In this document: positions 60,823 to 64,000 of the stretch, one piece after another
Position numbering within the stretch: the stretch's first letter is position 1
Layout: each line of letters begins with the position of its first letter
NCBI GenBank assembly: GCA_000433035.1
Contig: FR890815.1
Span: 85,800 to 149,799, forward strand
Length of the DNA stretch: 64,000 nucleotides
Source: Staphylococcus sp. CAG:324
GTDB taxonomy: Bacteria > Bacillota_I > Bacilli_A > ML615J-28 > CAG-313
Direction: 5' to 3'
Made by a program: the position numbers and the translations under genes
Notes under the pieces: generated by a model
The model's input: the letters and a program-made list of their open reading frames with translations, nothing else
The model's database searches: none
What the model was told of the DNA's origin: nothing

Positions 60823-62073
60823 ATGAAAGATTTTATGCCCAAAAAAAATCAACAAAAAAAATTAATAGAAAATGTTTTAGCTCTTTCAGCTAAAGCACGT
60901 AAAGAAAAAGAAATGAATCCTAGTATCATCAATGCAACGGTTGGTTCATATTATGATGAAAGTGGGCAAATTAAGGTATTTCGTTGTGTCAAAGAGGCCT
61001 TTGAAAAGCCGGATTATAATAATTATTTATCATATAGTAGTGTAAAAGGTTCAAATGAATTTATTGAAGCAATAAAAGATTGGGTTTTGGGCTCTGATTA
61101 TCAAGATAAATATACGAATTATTATTTGAATGCAATTGCAACTTGTGGTGGAACTGGCGCAATTGCATTGGCTTTTGCAACATATTTAGAAAAAAATGAA
61201 GGTGTGATGTTACCTAATATTATGTGGCCAGCTTATTTGCAAATTGCAACAAATTTAGAAATCAATCATCATGTATACAATTTATATAATGAAAATGGTA
61301 GGCTTGATCTTGCAAATATAAAGGAAGTAGCAAATAAGTTGCAAGTAAAATATGATAAACTATTTCTAGTTATAAATGATCCTTGTCACAATCCAACTGG
61401 TTTTGTAATGAATGATGAGGATTATTTAGGTTTGATTGCGTTATGCAATGCGTTGTCACAAAAAACAAAAATTATTTTATTATTAGATATCGCTTATCTA
61501 GATTATGGGAATGATATTGGTGCTAAAACGCGAGAGAATTTTCAATTATTAAAAAAACTTTCATCTAATGTGATGGTTCTATTTGCTTTTAGTGCATCTA
61601 AAACTTTTGGTATTTATGGACTTCGGTTAGGTGCTTTAATTCAAATGACTACGATTGAAAAAGAAGTGAGTTTATTTAATGAAGCTACTTCATATTTTGC
61701 AAGATCGATATGGTCGAATACTAGTCATTTGGGAATGGAAATTGTAACGAAAACCCTATCGGATAAAAAACAAAGGTTGGTTTTTGAGGAAGAAATTAGA
61801 GCAACTTCACAAAATTTAGAACAACGTTCAAAAAGATTTATTGAGGAATTAGAAAAGTATACAGTACCATTTGCGCCATATCAAAATGGTTTCTTTGTAC
61901 TCATTTTAGTTGATAATCCAATTTTTGAACAGAAAATTGAATCTCAAGGTGCCTATGGCTGTCATTTTGGTAACGGATACAGGATTGCTTTATCAAGTAT
62001 TAGTTTAGAAGAAGCCCCAAGATTAGGAAGGATTATCGGTCAAGCCTATCAAAGTATTTTTAATAAAAAATAA
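60823..62073 (+). CDS. class I/II pyridoxal-phosphate-dependent aminotransferase
   Basis: 416 aa. SASKTFGIYGLRLGA (PLP-lysine box). N..NPTG motif (NDPCHNPTG). Confidence 0.7.
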   Translation: MKDFMPKKNQQKKLIENVLALSAKARKEKEMNPSIINATVGSYYDESGQIKVFRCVKEAFEKPDYNNYLSYSSVKGSNEFIEAIKDWVLGSDYQDKYTNYYLNAIATCGGTGAIALAFATYLEKNEGVMLPNIMWPAYLQIATNLEINHHVYNLYNENGRLDLANIKEVANKLQVKYDKLFLVINDPCHNPTGFVMNDEDYLGLIALCNALSQKTKIILLLDIAYLDYGNDIGAKTRENFQLLKKLSSNVMVLFAFSASKTFGIYGLRLGALIQMTTIEKEVSLFNEATSYFARSIWSNTSHLGMEIVTKTLSDKKQRLVFEEEIRATSQNLEQRSKRFIEELEKYTVPFAPYQNGFFVLILVDNPIFEQKIESQGAYGCHFGNGYRIALSSISLEEAPRLGRIIGQAYQSIFNKK

Positions 62074-62142
62074 TAAAAAAATGATATTTTTCTAAAATAT
62101 TAATATTTTTTGACAATATTCGACATGACGATGTTTTATAAT

Positions 62143-62180
62143 AAAAGTACAAAGTATTTTATTACTTTGTACTTTTACTT
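62143..62180 (+). terminator. rho-independent terminator
   Basis: AAAAGTACAAAGTA...TACTTTGTACTTTT + T-rich tail. Confidence 0.65.
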
Positions 62181-62202
62181 TAGAAGGAAATAGTTGAATA
62201 GT

Positions 62203-64000
62203 ATGAAAATTGTTAAAAAAATAGTTATTGTTATTTTACTTAATTTAGTTAGTTTTTACTATATTAGCAATGCTAAAAAGATTGCTGCTGAGCAAACAAA
62301 CGATGAATTTATAGAAATTAGCATTTATAGTGAAATAGATATTTTTAATGTAGGTTTAGAATTGTATCAAGCTATTCCCAATGTTGAGGATGGTAAAATT
62401 GTTAGTTTTAAAGATAATTTTTATGAAAAAATAAATTTAGATAAGAATACAATTACAATTAAAAGACCTTCTGAATATTTTTATTTAAAAATTGATTTAT
62501 CAACCCTTCCAATTGAATATGGTTTAGATAAAAGAAGTTATTTTATAGATAAAACGAAGGATAAAATTGAATTGCAAATGTTAGAAATTGATGAAATAAT
62601 TCCAGAATATATAGAGAACAATGAAGTTGAAGTGTTATTTAAATCAGTGGATGACAGACAATTATTTGTAGAATATGAAACAGAGTTATTAAAAAATAAT
62701 AGTGGATTTGATTTAGTAGTTACAATAAATAATAGTCAAGATTATATTTTTAATGATTTTATTACTAACATTAATGTTGATGAAGAGAATATAAATGATA
62801 ATTTGATTAATTATTATAGTAATAGTAATTATTCTATTTTGGCACCAGAATTATCATATATGCCAGTAACCTATGAAGTTAGTAATAATGGTTTGTTTAA
62901 AGTATATTATGATCCATTTACAATGGAAAAAAATAATGTACAAAAAGTCATAGATGGAATTTTAGCTATTAATGAAAGTTTTTGTAGTACGGATGGATTT
63001 GGATTTTTACAACCTAAAAGTAATGATGATAATGAATATAATATATATTTAGAACATAAGGAGTATATGAATAATATATATGGTTGTACATATTTTAATA
63101 TTGATAATACTCAAGTATATTCAAATATTGTTTTAAATTATGGATTATTAGATAAGACTTTAGGAGCTTCTACAGATGATGATTCATTTTTGTTAACTTT
63201 ATCACATGAATATTTCCATGCTATTATTGATGAAAATAGTAATGGATTTAATGATTCTTTAGATAGAACAATCTTTCACGAATCATTTGCTTCTTTTGCT
63301 GGATTATATTATATGAATGAAATTAGTCTCAATAATAGTGATATTGATAGACATACTTGGCATAATTATTTAGCTAAAGTAGAATTATTTCATCAAACTA
63401 CGCAATATTCATTAAATGACATGAGTATTGATGATTATAGAAAATACGCATTATTTTTATTACCATTATATATATATCAAAAATATGGAATTTCAGCAAT
63501 AAAAGATATAATAAACGAGATAGACTATACAATTTCTATTTTAGATGCATTTAATATGGCGTTAGATAAATATGGAACAGATATGGACAATTTGTATTTA
63601 GATTTTTCAATATATAATTCTTTTTTACAAGATAAATATGACTTGTTACTAGATGGATATAAAGATTATTGGGAAAGAGAGGCTAATATACCAGCATACA
63701 GTTATGAGCCATATAGTTTTTTTCAACGACCAGGTCATTATTACAAAGAGTTAAGTTTACCATTTTATTCTAGTACATATAGACATTTTTACAATAGCGA
63801 TTGTTCTAAATACAATGTATATATTACGATTGAATTTGACAATTCTAGTGATTTAGAAATTATTCAAGTATTAAAAAATATAGATAATGAAATTTCTAAT
63901 AAATCAATTTCAATAGTAGGAAATATGATGACTATACCTTATTATGGATTTGGATCAAATGAATGCAAAGAATTGGTCTTTCTTTTTGCAAATTGTAAAG
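62203..64000 (+). CDS. secreted putative zinc metallopeptidase (HExxH), 5' partial - runs off window end
   Basis: Signal peptide MKIVKKIVIVILLNLVSFYYISNA. Open frame of ~599 codons to the window edge (hand-translated). HEYFH at ~nt 63210 and HESFASFAG shortly after. Not in the ORF track because it has no stop in the window. Confidence 0.55.
   Translation, partial: MKIVKKIVIVILLNLVSFYYISNAKKIAAEQTNDEFIEISIYSEIDIFNVGLELYQAIPNVEDGKIVSFKDNFYEKINLDKNTITIKRPSEYFYLKIDLSTLPIEYGLDKRSYFIDKTKDKIELQMLEIDEIIPEYIENNEVEVLFKSVDDRQLFVEYETELLKNNSGFDLVVTINNSQDYIFNDFITNINVDEENINDNLINYYSNSNYSILAPELSYMPVTYEVSNNGLFKVYYDPFTMEKNNVQKVIDGILAINESFCSTDGFGFLQPKSNDDNEYNIYLEHKEYMNNIYGCTYFNIDNTQVYSNIVLNYGLLDKTLGASTDDDSFLLTLSHEYFHAIIDENSNGFNDSLDRTIFHESFASFAGLYYMNEISLNNSDIDRHTWHNYLAKVELFHQTTQYSLNDMSIDDYRKYALFLLPLYIYQKYGISAIKDIINEIDYTISILDAFNMALDKYGTDMDNLYLDFSIYNSFLQDKYDLLLDGYKDYWEREANIPAYSYEPYSFFQRPGHYYKELSLPFYSSTYRHFYNSDCSKYNVYITIEFDNSSDLEIIQVLKNIDNEISNKSISIVGNMMTIPYYGFGSNECKELVFLFANCK

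Noticed and set aside
62110-62142. TTGACA ... TATAAT pair with 21-nt spacer just before the aminotransferase terminator
   Set aside because: Non-canonical spacing, and it sits upstream of (not after) a terminator, so transcripts would stop immediately. Probably a chance match.

Overview
This is a 64 kb window of an AT-rich chromosome, probably from a spore-forming Firmicute (Clostridia/Erysipelotrichia-like, roughly 30% GC by eye). Almost all genes are on the + strand. The clearest evidence for an endospore former is the ftsZ - spoIIGA - pro-sigE - sigG arrangement plus cotJB/cotJC.

Recognisable housekeeping blocks:
- birA-bioY with a candidate BirA operator, followed by tRNA-Ser(CGA).
- cspA, tgt, and ftsW/spoVE-murG-murB.
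- ackA, gpmI, eno, and lgt on the minus strand.
- rsmB-rlmN-rsgA-rpe-thiN, and a class I aminotransferase.

Accessory and unusual content:
- (a) A compact surface-protein operon at the left edge. Its 1257-aa member ends in a Hint (intein-like autoproteolytic) domain plus a short C-terminal cargo. A degraded AAA-ATPase (Abi/OLD-like) pseudogene follows.
- (b) Tandem paralogous secreted Big_2-like proteins with near-identical C-termini and divergent N-termini.
- (c) A ~12.7 kb locus (15.7-28.5 kb) encoding two SipW-type (S26B, SGSMEP-like) signal peptidases interleaved with at least five secreted proteins. These proteins carry a shared SipW-cognate-like N-terminal motif (hydrophobic stretch then T-[FL]-A-K-Y / S-S-R-Y) and a shared TasA/camelysin-like C-terminal strand motif. 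The locus ends in a 2234-aa GLUG-repeat / Listeria-Bacteroides-repeat giant adhesin. I consider this the most interesting candidate for an undescribed SipW-dependent fibre/adhesin assembly system.
- (d) A NifU-like + GGGtGRT gene pair, tandem patatin-like lipases, a Sel1-repeat gene broken by a 1-nt frameshift inside 108-bp tandem repeats, and several promoter-plus-terminator mini-units that look like small RNAs or leaders.

No CRISPR array, rRNA, transposase or integrase was seen.
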